A stretch of 63,178 nt of DNA, counting the filler, from Octopus bimaculoides (lineage: Eukaryota), in assembly GCF_001194135.2 (NCBI RefSeq). It is 4 parts of 4 records of this genome, joined end to end, with 100 filler letters (N's around TTAATTAATTAA, not from the genome) between each part and the next. Parts side by side here need not be neighbours in the genome. Positions count along the whole stretch, not along the records: positions 38,351 to 53,453 come from NC_069000.1; positions 53,554 to 63,178 come from NC_068981.1; 2 more parts are not named here. One strand, given 5' to 3'. Positions within the stretch are counted from its first letter, which is position 1. The number at the start of each line of letters is the position of its first letter. The notes under the pieces were generated by a model. That model did no database searches. It was given only the letters and a program-made list of their open reading frames with translations, and was not told where the DNA came from. Of this stretch, positions 41,530 through 54,763 are shown piece after piece. A program made the translations under genes and the position numbers.

Positions 41530-41567
41530 TCTTTGACATTTCGAGTCTACCCGCTTCTACTGAAAGA
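41530..41567 (-). ncRNA. Decayed type I hammerhead fold in a Penelope-terminal-like repeat
   Basis: TCTTT-CAGTAGA-A-GCGG-gtag-ACTC-GAA-ATGT-C-AAAGA: stem I intact, GUC site present, core and stem II degenerate. Confidence 0.4.
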
Positions 41568-43454
41568 AAAAAAACGTGCCGAGATTAACGGTTTCACACG
41601 TTGAATTGCATGTATATGTATGTGTGTATATATGTTAGCATTGTTATATTTCTACGATTATTATAGATATTATAAATAAATGAATATTTACATTTATAAA
41701 TATTTCTACAGTTATTGATCGTCCATTTTTGTCGGAAGTTGTCTGTCGTGTATAAATGAGTGTATGTCTGTATGAGTGTGTTGTGTATATATGAGTAAGT
41801 ACGTATGTGTGTGTGTGTCTATATATATATGTACGTGGAGATATAGGTGTGTGTGTGTATCAATGTGTATGCATATTGGTCTTTATTTACTTGTGTGTGT
41901 ATGCGCATGTACAACATTTATGTATATGTGTATTTGTACATAAATATGTATTTAAGTCACGGAGGTTTTGTCTCTTGGTGTTCACATCACAAACTTTATC
42001 ACTTTCTTTTGTTCATCTTAAGAATTTATTCATTTCTAGTATTGTAAATATTGTTCAGGTGTGACGTGTTTGCGTGTCTGATGTGAGAATGGATGGCTGA
42101 AATACTAGTTGTAGCGCGTAATATATAGTAGTGGTGGGGGTGGGGTCGACATCTTTATTGGCAGAGGCGGTGGCGGCGTGCCGTGATGAATGTGGTTGAA
42201 CGGACTGCAGGTGAGAACATACGTAGGTCTTTGATGAGAACAATATCATTCACCCTTTTATCACCACCACTACCAACTACCATTAACAACATGTTCGACG
42301 CATGAAATGGATATTTGTATATACGTCTCTACATATATATATACATATAATATATACATATAATATATATATANNNNNNNNNNNNNNNNNNNNNNNNNNN
42401 NNNNNNNNNNNNNNNNNNNNNNNNNNNNNNNNNNNNNNNNNNNNNNNNNNNNNNNNNNNNNNNNNNNNNNNNNNNNNNNNNNNNNNNNNNNNNNNNNNNN
42501 NNNNNNNNNNNNNNNNNNNNNNNNNNNNNNNNNNNNNNNNNNNNNNNNNNNNNNNNNNNNNNNNNNNNNNNNNNNNNNNNNNNNNNNNNNNNNNNNNNNN
42601 NNNNNNNNNNNNNNNNNNNNNNNNNNNNNNNNNNNNNNNNNNNNNNNNNNNNNNNNNNNNNNNNNNNNNNNNNNNNNNNNNNNNNNNNNNNNNNNNNNNN
42701 NNNNNNNNNNNNNNNNNNNNNNNNNNNNNNNNNNNNNNNNNNNNNNNNNNNNNNNNNNNNNNNNNNNNNNNNNNNNNNNNNNNNNNNNNNNNNNNNNNNN
42801 NNNNNNNNNNNNNNNNNNNNNNNNNNNNNNNNNNNNNNNNNNNNNNNNNNNNNNNNNNNNNNNNNNNNNNNNNNNNNNNNNNNNNNNNNNNNNNNNNNNN
42901 NNNNNNNNNNNNNNNNNNNNNNNNNNNNNNNNNNNNNNNNNNNNNNNNNNNNNNNNNATATATATATATATATATATATATATACATGTCTATATATATA
43001 TTTCATACATATATATGTATATATGTTAATTACACACACACACGCGCGCGCGCACACATACCCACACATATACACCTATGTATATATTCACGTACAAAAG
43101 AATTTTAATACAAGAAATTTTATTACAAATCACTACACATGTGGTGATTTCTAATTAAACCTGTTCATTCCATCTTCTTGTATCAAATATTATTTTGTAT
43201 AAGCTCTACGGATACTCGCGGATTTACACTTATATATTCAGGAAAAGGAGAAGTCCGCCTGTATGATAACATCTGGTAGCCGATATCCGCAGAGGAACTT
43301 TTATATATATATATATATATGAAAACCTTATACATACACACGCACAGGATTTAAAAGAGAGCTATTAATATTTTCATGCTGTTGAGATACAATAGTCTGG
43401 CAGATTTATATATCATACCATGTCTCGAAGCAATCTTTCAGGGTCAGTACATAC

Positions 43455-43486
43455 CGTCAGAGCTATTTGGAGAGCAGGGCACCATC
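43455..43486 (-). CDS. 32-nt mini-exon: (x)MVPCSPNSSD(x) or (x)WCPALQIALT
   Basis: About 80-nt T-rich pyrimidine tract ending ttttctcatag|, donor GACG|GTATGT; reading frame unresolved. Confidence 0.55.
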
Positions 43487-43669
43487 CTATGAGAAAACAC
43501 GACAAAAAAAAATGAGAAGTAAAACACAAAAAGTGGAACGTGAAAAAATAATAGAAAAGTAAGAAAACCAAAATTTGAATCCCCTTTGTCTGTTGAAATT
43601 ATAATTAATCTAGTCGGTGTAAAAACATATAGCAGAGAAGATACCAAAGTCTGTGAGATAGCTACTTAA

Positions 43670-43906
43670 TCCAGAGAAGGTGGTGTCCTCCAGTTCGGCA
43701 AAAGAAACCTGTCCACTTGTTTGCATTTGCTAAATATTACGGATGGAATTCTTGGATCTAAAACGAACGTGCGATCTTTTTGTTACGCACAACTTATATC
43801 GCTTTGATCCATTTAGATATGGCGTAGTTTTCTCCACGATTCTCCATTTGATTGTTTGTGATGTGCAGTTGGTTTCCAAATCCATTCATTAATATTATTA
43901 TGCGCT
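43670..43906 (-). mobile_element. Penelope-like element, C-terminus of GIY-YIG endonuclease (relic)
   Basis: IKWRIVEKTTPYLNGSKRYKLCVTK... then FSKCKQVDRFLL after a frameshift, matching the PLE endonuclease tail pattern IKW.I....PY.NG.K.C.LC...SKC....FLL. Confidence 0.65.
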
Positions 43907-43979
43907 AGTGCATAGATCTTTACACATTTACACCGACGCCTAGATCTTTACACATTTTGGCATAACATACATATATTTA

Positions 43980-44030
<51 letters not shown>

Positions 44031-45150
44031 TTGCGTACGTATATATGCATGCATGAACAATTCAAATTAAAGAGGAATATTGCTCATCACCACCAGTACT
44101 TATATGCATAAGACTGAGTACAAAAATAGAAGAACTGATTCTAAGTTTCCAGTTTGCATTCAAGTCAAACAGAAATTCTACTACTACTACTACTACTACA
44201 CACTTAGTTGCGTAAAGAATATTGCATAGGCGCCTGCTGCTTCTAAAATGCAATGTTGTGACAGCTATTGTTGACCTTTCTAAAACAACATTTGACAATG
44301 TAAAAGATACTGAGAGCTTAGTGCGAATGCGCCACGTTCATTCATTAATATTATTATGCGCTTGAACACTAATACCAATGCTGGTATATGTATACATTTT
44401 GGCGATAATGGAATACGTAATTCTTACATTTCAGCAAGACAAAAACGGTTGTCAAGAGTAAGCTAGTTATCCTGTAGATTTCTTTCTGCAAAAATTCCTG
44501 TATTTGCGTTTATTAGTTTTGTGCAATTTTATGTGATACTTGCATAGCTGAAACTTCTAAGTAATTTTTGCTATTAAAATATGTGTTACTCTACAGAAAG
44601 GTGTTGAGCAGGCCTTCAAGTTAATGACTGGCTTCTGTTATATAATATTTCACTTGAAAGCAAACATTTATATAGATAGACAAATAGATAGTTACACGTA
44701 TATATATTAATACATATGTGTGGCGTATATTTGAATGCATGTCTCCTCCCATACACACACACACACAGTGTGTGTGGATATGCATGTATGTATGTATGTA
44801 TGTTATGTATGCATGTGTGTGTGTGTGTGTGTGCATAAATATAAATATATTTTATCTTNNNNNNNNNNNNNNNNNNNNNNNNNNNNNNNNNNNNNNNNNN
44901 NNNNNNNNNNNNNNNNNNNNNNNNNNNNNNNNNNNNNNNNNNNNNNNNNNNNNNNNNNNNNNNNNNNNNNNNNNNNNNNNNNNNNNNNNNNNNNNNNNNN
45001 NNNNNNNNNNNNNNNNNNNNNNNNNNNNNNNNNNNNNNNNNNNNNNNNNNNNNNNNNNTATATATATGGCAAATGAAAGACGATAGAAGATATGAAAATT
45101 TTTATTAATCACGACAAATGTTTCGACACGTCTAGCATATTAAATACATA

Positions 45151-46220
45151 AATGTGGTATCCAGCCATCCACCCTCGATAATGCGGGCATTAGTTAAGAA
45201 CATTTCTACAAGAATTTCTAGATGATCTGCCAATAAAAAAAGTTTCGAATCACATGCAGCTTATTATATAATGCTGCTTTAGCTAGGGCTGGATACCGTA
45301 AGAAAATTCAATATATACAAGAAGCAGACATACACAACACTGTCAGTTCCTTCAATAATAATAATAATAATAATACGCATTGTGCACCATCACAACGTTA
45401 CAGTATGAGAACTTACTCAGATCGAGAATACAGGCTAGGAAGAATTGGTCAAGGCAATGAACTACCTACGAAAACTCACAGACATACACAACACAATGAT
45501 CCAACTGCTTATAATACAGTAAATTGTTCCAGTACTGTACAACTCACTAGATCAAACAACAGATATAGGAATCATGATGTTCTCTGGTACAACCCAGTTT
45601 TCAGTTTGCATGTTTCAACCAAGATCGCTGGAAAATGTTTTGCCGCTTTAGACAAACATTTTCCTAAATCTAAGATACCATATTATTTTTAATCGGCACA
45701 CCGTGAAGTTATCCTACGTTAACTCTACTAATTTAGAGCAGCATACGCATCGAATAAGCAATAGTAAAATGCGGCAACAGTTCAATAACCCACCTACTGG
45801 ATTTAACAAACATATGCATCTAAAAACCAACGAAAGAGACGTAAACCACAATAGAAAGCACCATATAATGATAATGATGCAGCTAACCCCGTAACAACGT
45901 CGGAAAATGAAGTCATATATACAAATAAATATGATAAATGCTCATGCAGAGAAAAATCAAAATGCCCATTGATGAATCTCTGTATGAGTACAAATCTTGT
46001 ATATAAATGTACCGTGCACACAGGGGAGGGCCGTATGCTTACATTGGGCAAACGGTTGATTCATTTAAGAATAGTAAGACACACAAAACCATATAACATT
46101 TCCCGGAGATACCGACTCTGTTCTGAGGAACCCCTGTCTATTCTGAGGACCAATGAGAAGATCATTAATAGAATTTCTGAAAGACTCTCAAGATGCCTAC
46201 ATGCATATAAATGTACTTTC
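45151..46220 (+). mobile_element. Penelope-like element relic (RT thumb, linker, GIY-YIG start)
   Basis: SSHPPSIMRALVKNISTRISR..., WYNPVFSLHVSTKIAGKCFAALDKHFPK, FNRHTVKLSY and CSCREKSKCPLMNLCMSTNLVYKCTV in shifting frames; interrupted by (AAT)n. Confidence 0.8.
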
Positions 46221-46671
46221 TCATAATGCAATGGGAATGAATTTGAGTAACATTTAACATAATTTACTTTAAGGTATGGAGGAATTAAGTTTAGCTTTAA
46301 CTTCCCCGTTCTTATAAACACCAAGTAGCTATTTAACTCGCTATGTGAATGTGTGCACACCAAACCACACGTGTGGGTATGCTTACATCTTCGTGGATGC
46401 TTGTGTAAGCGAGTGTACATGCGCCATGCATCTTGCGCAAGCACATTTATACATCCATATCCGTTAACGGTTATTTTTAATAATTTTCTCGCTGTATTGC
46501 AAGTTCATTTCTTTTTCGCGTCTGTTATTTTATTATGTAATATTCTATCATTTCATTATATTATATTATCTTGTATTATATTATTATAAGATTGTAAATA
46601 CAACGTGAATATCAGACAAAGTTGGAATTTCTTTGAGTAATATATTCTTCTATACACAATCATACACACCC

Positions 46672-46721
<50 letters not shown>

Positions 46722-46789
46722 ATATGTATTGAATCATCCCATAAATAATGCGGTTTTTTCAATTACATGAACTAAAAGTCGGATTGGGA

Positions 46790-47510
46790 CGGGATAAATT
46801 ACCTGCGCCAACTTGCAACAAAAACAGGCAGTAATTTTACCTTGCACTTATTCTTAGTGCAAGTTTTGAAGTGTAGTTCGATTTTAACAGTCATTTTTTC
46901 AAAGCTATAATGGAAGTGACAAAGGAGCATATTCGGCATGTTTCGCTTTATGAGTTCAATAAAAGCAACCACGCAGCAGAAAGTGCGAGGAATATTAATG
47001 CAGTATATGGAGATCTGAAATTTCGAGCCGGAAACTACAGCTTAGACGAGTCACGGCCTGGAAGATGTGTAGGGCTCAACGTGGACGTGCTGCAATTCTT
47101 GGTGGAACAAAATCCCATCGTAACTGTTGAGGAACTAGTAGAGAAGCTTGGATTTGATCATTCAACCATTCATCGACACTTGCGTGCCAACGGAAAAGTC
47201 AGCAAATTGGGTCAGTGGGTTCCTCGCAAATTTTCCGAGTCTAATCGTGCGCAGAGAATGAATGTGTGCTCTTCTTTACTGTCACGTCTCACGAATGAAC
47301 CGTTTTTGGACCGAATAGTGACTGGTAACGAGAAATGGCTTCTCTATAAAAATGTCAAGCACAGAAGACAGCAGGTAGGAGAAGAAGAAACACCGGCACC
47401 CCAGGCTAAAGAAGGTCTTCACCCATATAAGGTGGTGTTATCTGTTTGGTGGGATATGAAAGGTTTAGTCCACTTTGAACTTTTAAACCCAAACCAAACG
47501 ATAACAAAGT
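46790..47510 (+). mobile_element. Mariner (Mos1-like) transposon, internally deleted and 3'-truncated
   Basis: ORF 46910-47536: N-terminal HTH, WVPR, IVTGNEKW (catalytic D to N), HPYKVVLSVWWD; ends before the DN...D34D region. Confidence 0.9.
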
Positions 47511-47815
47511 GTGGTGTCACTTCTATGTGTCGATAGTATTTTAACCTCTATGCTATTAATCGAGCCTCCATGTTCTGCCTGAGCATGTTGATAGAGCAGT
47601 AACGAACTTTTCTCTTCTTTGAGCTCTCGCTAATATTCACCTATACGCTCTCCTATGCTGCGTGCAGTCTTTGAAATGTTGGTGGTTGTCATGTTTCTGC
47701 ACCGTCCCTCAGTAAGTTATACATTACATTCCTAATCTTACAGTTAACCTGTGGTTTCATCCTACATACAACACAGTTGTTTTTCGTACAGGGGGACTTA
47801 TCTCTTGCTACAACC
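47510..47815 (-). mobile_element. Penelope-like element, Cys-rich linker and GIY-YIG endonuclease fragment
   Basis: NNCVVCRMKPQVNCKIRNVMY, then in a shifted frame KTARSIGERIGEY*RELKEEKSSLLLYQHAQAEHGG. Confidence 0.65.
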
Positions 47816-47819
47816 AAAG

Positions 47820-48040
47820 GGACCAGATTAGAGTGTACAAAAGAGCCAGGACTAAGTACAAATTCATCATAGAGAATGGTGCTAAGGGCATCTGCCCACT
47901 GTACAGGAGTAAATCCTGGAACAGCACGGAAAGGACCAGAAATAAAATAAATAAGGCCAACACTTGGTATGACAACAAAATACCAGTGTCATGTTCGTTG
48001 ATGCTACCCTTGTCGGCGAACTAAGAATAGAACTAACAAC
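47820..48040 (+). mobile_element. Penelope-like element, post-RT fragment in opposite orientation to the adjacent endonuclease piece
   Basis: GICPLYRSKSWNSTERTRNKINKANTWYD, then TSVMFVDATLVGELR after a frameshift. Confidence 0.6.
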
Positions 48041-48532
48041 GTCAGCAGCAGCCGTGGTGCCAAAGATGACAATAATAACAACAACTACCACGATGGCAAC
48101 AGCGTGGGCGAACACACATAAACAGAGAAATACAGGAACTGTACCATAATTTTTTTTTCGGATCTTAGGACAGCAGCAGCACAATGGGGTGCAAGGGTGG
48201 GGCTGCGGGGATGGCCACACTGCTTCTAAAAACTATGACACATAAACAAGCGCACACACACACACACACACACACAAGCAAGGACACAAACGCATGCGCA
48301 CATAAAGATACACATCTTAGATGAACTGAATGAAGTGAGTGGAGCAAGAATAAGCACGAAAGCGAAAATTGTCGCTGAAGAGGTCACAGATGTGTGACGA
48401 AAGATTTCCGGACAATGGACATTAGTTAAAATAATAAAATAAAAACAGTAATAAACAAGTGAAGAAAAAATATGTAGTGTGTATGTTTATTTGGCGAAAA
48501 AATAACCATCCCGAAATACAATATGTATAGAT

Positions 48533-48645
<113 letters not shown>

Positions 48646-49179
48646 TGATTATATATATGTGTGTGTGTGTGTGTATACATACATACATAAATACACATGT
48701 TTGTGGGTGTGTGTGGGGTAGGACGCTTGGATAACAATGTCTCACATATATTATTTCCGTGGTGTTTACATTTGCCAACAGCATTAACCTTTCCCCACCG
48801 AAGGAAACTTTCGTGAAGACAATAAATCCCTTCTATTATTAAACACTGTTCATATGACAAGCTCTGACCCTAATCCGTTTGGATTATTGAAGTGCCACGG
48901 ACAACATAACAAATAGAAAGACTAGACTGCTACAGCATTCAATATGCAGGTGTTGTAGAATACCCCATAGTTTCATTGAGGGATGTGGGTGTATACGTGT
49001 CTGCATGTGTATGTATCTGTTCGTGTATGTGTTTGGGTTTCTGTGCGTGTAGTCTATAGAATTGTGCAGATATAGAAATGTTTAAGACAATTCTCGTAAT
49101 GAAATCTTAAGTTCGATCTTTCGGCACATCACTTCGCTCAATAGACTCTTGTAGAGCAATCAATAAATGGGATGTCCTA

Positions 49180-49385
49180 AGGCGTCGAACTGGCAGAATC
49201 TAGTTAGCACGCCGGACAAAATGCTTAGTGGCATTTGGTCCGTCTTTACGTTCTGAGTTCAAATTCCGCTGAGGTCTACTTTGCCTTTCGTCCTTTCGGA
49301 ATCGATAAAATAAGTACCATTTGAGCACTGGGGTCGATGTAATCGACTTATCGCCTCCACCGAACTTGTTGGCCTTGTATCAATG
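49180..49385 (+). mobile_element. Family-B tRNA-SINE (similar copies at 58993-59190 +, 59925-60090 -, 15118-15240 -)
   Basis: TGGCAGAATC A-box-like motif, GAGTTCAAATTCC B-box, shared body. Confidence 0.8.
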
Positions 49386-51829
49386 ACCTTGTACCAATAC
49401 CTTGAGACCAATAACTGGAATGTTCGCCAGAGAGGTTAAAAAATTAATTTGGCCGTCACATTTGTTCTGTCAGAAGATTACTTTAATATAGATTACTTTA
49501 ACAAGATAGATCAACTTGAACATCATCTCAGCTGACGGAGGCTCCTTTGACTTTATAGTATATAGATATAGCAATATGACGAAATGGTTAATAAGTTAAC
49601 TTCAAACTCATGACACCTTCATTTCGATTCTTTTGTGCTGTTCTGAGAACATCTGACGTCAGTACACAGGTTCTTTAGCTATCCGTATAAGTGAAATTGG
49701 GAAGCTAGAAATGGTGTGGATGTTCGCCCAGATTGTCAATAGCTGTAATTCAAAGGAAACCCTATTGTCACACTCAGTGCCACTTTTATTCTGACTGGTT
49801 ATGACAAAGTATTATACGGTTGCACAGTCTATCGTGTACTCACGAATTGTTATAAAATATAATTATCTAGCGCATAAAGAAAAAGGTGGTAATGATGTAT
49901 TTTACTAATTTGGAAGTAATTACTTGTTTACCAGTTGCCATCAGTGAAAAGTGTTACAATAATTTATAGAAATACGTCAGACGTAATTTGTGTTGGCGAG
50001 TGTATTCTAACTTTTGTTGTAGTGTCATCTGTTGATCTGTGCTAACGCAGCTATGATCAGACACACAGCTTAATAACTAGAGGAATTCTGTGTAGTTTAA
50101 CAAACATAAAATCTGATACACGGTTTATGAGCTGTTATTATCATGTTCATGTGATTGAATCTCTTTTCATACTCAGAAGCACTGATAAGAATAAGTCATA
50201 AACAGCTCAGTAATGGTGGTGATTAATGATAGTATGAAGTCTGGAATCTTTCACATAATCATTGCAAGCGTTTATGATAAATTAAGGAAAAGGCTTTAAC
50301 CTCTTACTGAGAGATGTCATCACTACAATTAAGCAAGCCAATACATATATCAAGGACATACATTTCATTTTGCTGAGATTTAGGCGTACTTTGTGGTTCA
50401 GAAATTTGAGAACCTTTCATGGATGTCGTAAACAAACGGTGCTGCAATTTGTAAGAAACTTGATTAATGAAGACAGTTCTGCTGTTGCTTGTTGAGGTAA
50501 TTTTTCCAAACTACTCCTTTTCAACTACCACATTACTTTTGGAGATTTTTGCATGAGATTGAGCTGAGTTAGAACGACAAATTTGCATAATAACTCGTGT
50601 CATTGGCATCAAGTTGGTAGCTGCCTTGTTGATCAATTTGTCCACAGAAATAATCATAGCAACGTCCCTCTACAAATACTCTTACCGTAAACCAAATTCA
50701 TGCAACATATCACACATTAGGTCTGAATCAAATAGAAACTGTTGTAAAGAGCCCCTTTGCAACAGACCTTCATAATTTATTCCTGTCACACTCAGATCCT
50801 GTTTCATCCTTTACTGTTTTTTTTTTTTAAATGAAGACGCGGTGCTTCATAATTTTATCAGACTGTTGAAATTGTTCGAACAAGCTTCCTACACACATGG
50901 TGCACTTGAGACAGGCTGTTTTTCAGATTTGTTGTTTTAGCTCAGAATCACATTCAGATATTTCTGTTTGTTTTACATGGGATATGCAGTAAGTAGAGAA
51001 CAATTCACCTAAAATAATTGAAAATGATTAATTCCATAAACTTCTCTCAGTGCAACTCTTAATCTACGATTAAGTCAGTATCAAATTTTCATATTAGAAC
51101 TACATTCCCTGAGAACTGTTGCAACACTAGATTTTACACCAGCCTTTACACTCGCCTCATTACTACTACATGATGTCATCAAAACCTTTGCTAGATGATA
51201 AACAATAGTTGCAACCTTCTAATCAAGCACTTTTATTAGGTCTATCCAATGTTAAATGGAGCTCACCATCAATATCACTTTCACATTTCAAATATAGTAT
51301 TAGGGTGGTCTAACTGCTTTGGCTTCTTGTCATGAATGAGAAGAGAATATTTGCCATTTATATACTTAATAAATTGGAAACTTTACATGTTCATACAAAT
51401 GGCTCAGTAGTTATCTATGTAGCACTAGTGCGGGAATATAATCCAATTCCAGGGTCACTACAGTTTTTTGTTGTTTTATTTAACTTTCACGAAGCCAAAG
51501 AGATCAGAGAAGGTTATGTAATTTTGAGCTAAATAGACATTCATACAAATATACACACATTATATATACTTAGGTACATACATATATTTAAGGGTATGTA
51601 CGCATGTTTGTGCGTACGTAGGTATGTGGGTGCTCATATATAGGTGTGTATGCACGCATATAAGCATCTAAGTATGTATGTGTACATAGATGCATGTGTA
51701 CACGTATATAGAGGCGCAGGAAAATATACCATTGCATAATTTGACGTATGTTAATGTACACAAGCATATGTTCGCCTGTCTGTGCAAGTGTATATGTACC
51801 TATTATGTGCCAAGCTTCTTTTAACTGTT

Positions 51830-52340
51830 CCTTTTATACTTTGAGGATGTTCTGATTAGACATATTCTTTCCGGTTTTATCAAACAGTTTCTCAAGATTG
51901 GTATTAGGTATCTATTCAAGTAACCAACTGTTCTAATAATTCTTTGTAGTAATCGAAATTTGTAGTCTGGCTGGAGTAACTGCAAATGTCTCATTTCCGC
52001 ATTCATTTCTTTCCACTAATCGTTTATATCGCCTTCACTATTGTGCATGGCTTTATTCCTTGTCTCAGATGACATTATCTGGTCTGTTAAGCTTGCATTT
52101 TACTTAGGTCTTGCCAGGGACATTCCACCGATATTGCTCCAAATTATATGTGGTTATGCCCTCCATAACACGATAGTTTCTATATATTTGTCCCCTTTGA
52201 ACATTCGTTTTTACGAATTTCTTTATGTAATTTTCTAACCATGGCCTCATGTCTCATTGGTAGGTAATCCTGAGAGGACATTTTTGAGCAATTACTTATA
52301 TGGATTACGTTCGCGATGTTAATTCATCGGAGGCTCCATC
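51830..52340 (-). mobile_element. RLE-clade (R4/Dong-like) LINE relic: zinc knuckle and restriction-like endonuclease
   Basis: NVIHISNCSKMSSQDYLPMRHEAMVRKLHKEI...YRWNVPGKT*VKCKLNRPDNVI*DKE, matching HI...C..L....Y..RH...RPDIV; multiple stops. Confidence 0.65.
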
Positions 52341-53414
52341 GATTGATTGTCTCATCAAGATTTTTCATCATCGTCCGTGTCCCTTTTGTGCATCAAGTAT
52401 TTTGTAATTTCTTGCTCCTGTTTTGCAAAACCTAACTTTTCAAAGTGAAAGATGTGCTTTTGCAAAACAGCTAGATGGACCACCATCAGAAGAACAGAAA
52501 ACAAAAATTGAGAAAAATGGGAGGACTGTCAAGAAGAAATATTTAGTGAAAAAAAGCAAAGATTTAGAGACCAAATTGGAGTGCTGCTCTATGGGGGAAC
52601 TGAGAGTGTGTGAGTGCGAGTGTGTGTAAGTGTGAGTGCGTTGCCAGCATGTACATTATATTTATGAAAACATAGATGTGTAGAGGTGCGTACTTTAGTG
52701 ATTAGGATATTCGGCTCATGATCGTAAGAGTGTGGTTTTGATTTCTGGACTGGGCGATGCGTTATGTTCTTTAGCAAAACATTTCATTTCACGTTGCTCC
52801 AGTCTATTCAGCTGCAAAAATGAATAATCTAGCGACAGACCGGCGTCCCGTCCAGTAGGGAATACATACCACACAGAAACCGGGAAAGCAGCCTTATGGG
52901 CTTATGGCTTGAGAAGGACATTTAGTTCCTTTTTGATACACACGTGTGAATACATGGGTGCACGTGTATCTATGTGTGTACAAATACAACAAATATAAAC
53001 TTGATCTCTCTCATTAAATATGATCAATACAACTGTGTCCCTGTATGTGGTCACAGAAAAACAATAAAGGAAAGGAAATATGAAAAAAACACGCCCACCA
53101 CTAATCCAACCCCACTTGTGTAGTATCATGGTGTTCTTTGTCAGGATTCCAGCAAATGACACACAGACACGCACACGTACACATGCAGAGACGTAAACAT
53201 GTGTGTGTATGTGTGTTCAAATAAAATATAGATATGTATGTAAATAGATATACATGTGTAAATACAATATATATATATATATATATTTGTATAAAAATAT
53301 TTAAATATTACATAATATATGTACGTAATATAATAATTCATGTATATGTATATATATGTGTGTGTGTATGTGTGTGTATATACATATGTGTGTGTATATA
53401 TATGTATGTATATG

Positions 53415-53453
<39 letters not shown>

Positions 53454-53553
53454 NNNNNNNNNNNNNNNNNNNNNNNNNNNNNNNNNNNNNNNNNNNNTTA
53501 ATTAATTAANNNNNNNNNNNNNNNNNNNNNNNNNNNNNNNNNNNNNNNNNNNN

Positions 53554-53587
<34 letters not shown>

Positions 53588-54344
53588 GACGGGCTTATTT
53601 CAGTTTCCGTCTACCGAATCCACTCACAAGGCTCGAGGCTATAGTATGACACTTGCTCAAAGCGCCACGCAGTGGGACTGACTAAATCCAGAACTATGTG
53701 GTTGGGAAGCAAGCTTCTTACGTCACAGGCGTGGCTGTTAAAAACAAGTCACCAGATTTATTTTCCTTCCGCCCTGGCAATAACTCTGGATCGTTAGATT
53801 ATAAACATTCTGATATTTTGTTGGTTTAGATTTTTATGTTATATCTGGAGACAGTGAATACATAAACGTTCAGTCTTGGTTTTAATATAGCATAGTATAT
53901 CATGTACAACAGATAGTTAGCCATATAGATGCAAGCAGATGAGGAAATTTTCTTCGCTTATGGTGTTGCTATAGTCAACTACATAAGATGCCTTCTCGGC
54001 TCATAGTAATAGTTTCCTATCCGTTTACAGACGAATTGTGCTTTTAAATAGAGTAACCAATCTATTTGCTTTAATCTACTTTACTTGCAATCAAATACTA
54101 AGATATGTCAGGAATATTAAGATGCGGAAGACAATGAGAAAACTTAGAGTTTAATATCGAATTAATTATGCCTGGGGGACTATAAACGGGGTTAAGAGAT
54201 AAGACATGTAGGTTATAACTTTTGTATGTCAACTGGAAATTTGAATTTGTTTACGATTGGAGGGACTAAAATGGGGTTAAGGGACAGGAAAATATTGGCT
54301 TATTTATTTGTTTTTCTATATTCTTTTTTCCTTCTCGGTTTCAG

Positions 54345-54430
54345 ATCTAGAAGCAGCTGTTCCCATTTCTGAACCAATTACATGGACTCCAATACATCAA
54401 CCAAGGAGATTGTCAGAACCCAACAGATAG
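54345..54430 (+). CDS. Terminal coding exon of an unidentified plus-strand gene: (x)LEAAVPISEPITWTPIHQPRRLSEPNR*
   Basis: Strong acceptor ttcttttttccttctcggtttcag|, phase 1, 27 open codons then TAG, AATAAA downstream at 54758. Confidence 0.55.
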
Positions 54431-54757
54431 GGATATGCTAACCTATTTCTCAGCAGCGATAGATTAGCATGACCTGTCAGAACATTGCATGTGTTATTCT
54501 GCCCGTGTGACTCCATGTTCTCTGAAACAGTACCAACTAATCATAAACAACCGAGTGGACCATCAGCTACACACTGGAATTGATAATTTCTTTCTACCAC
54601 CATATTCGTCAGATCATGCATACAAAACGGAAAAAAAAAAAAAATCGGTTGAGAAAAGAAGAAGCATATCTGTTTTTGATGTGGCTTGTTATGATGGCAT
54701 AATATTTCAAGGATGGGAGTATCTCGAGAGGTTCATGTTTCAACCAAAGGCTTGAGC

Positions 54758-54763
54758 AATAAA
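54758..54763 (+). terminator. Candidate polyadenylation signal for the plus-strand gene
   Basis: First AATAAA after the TAG at 54430. Confidence 0.35.
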
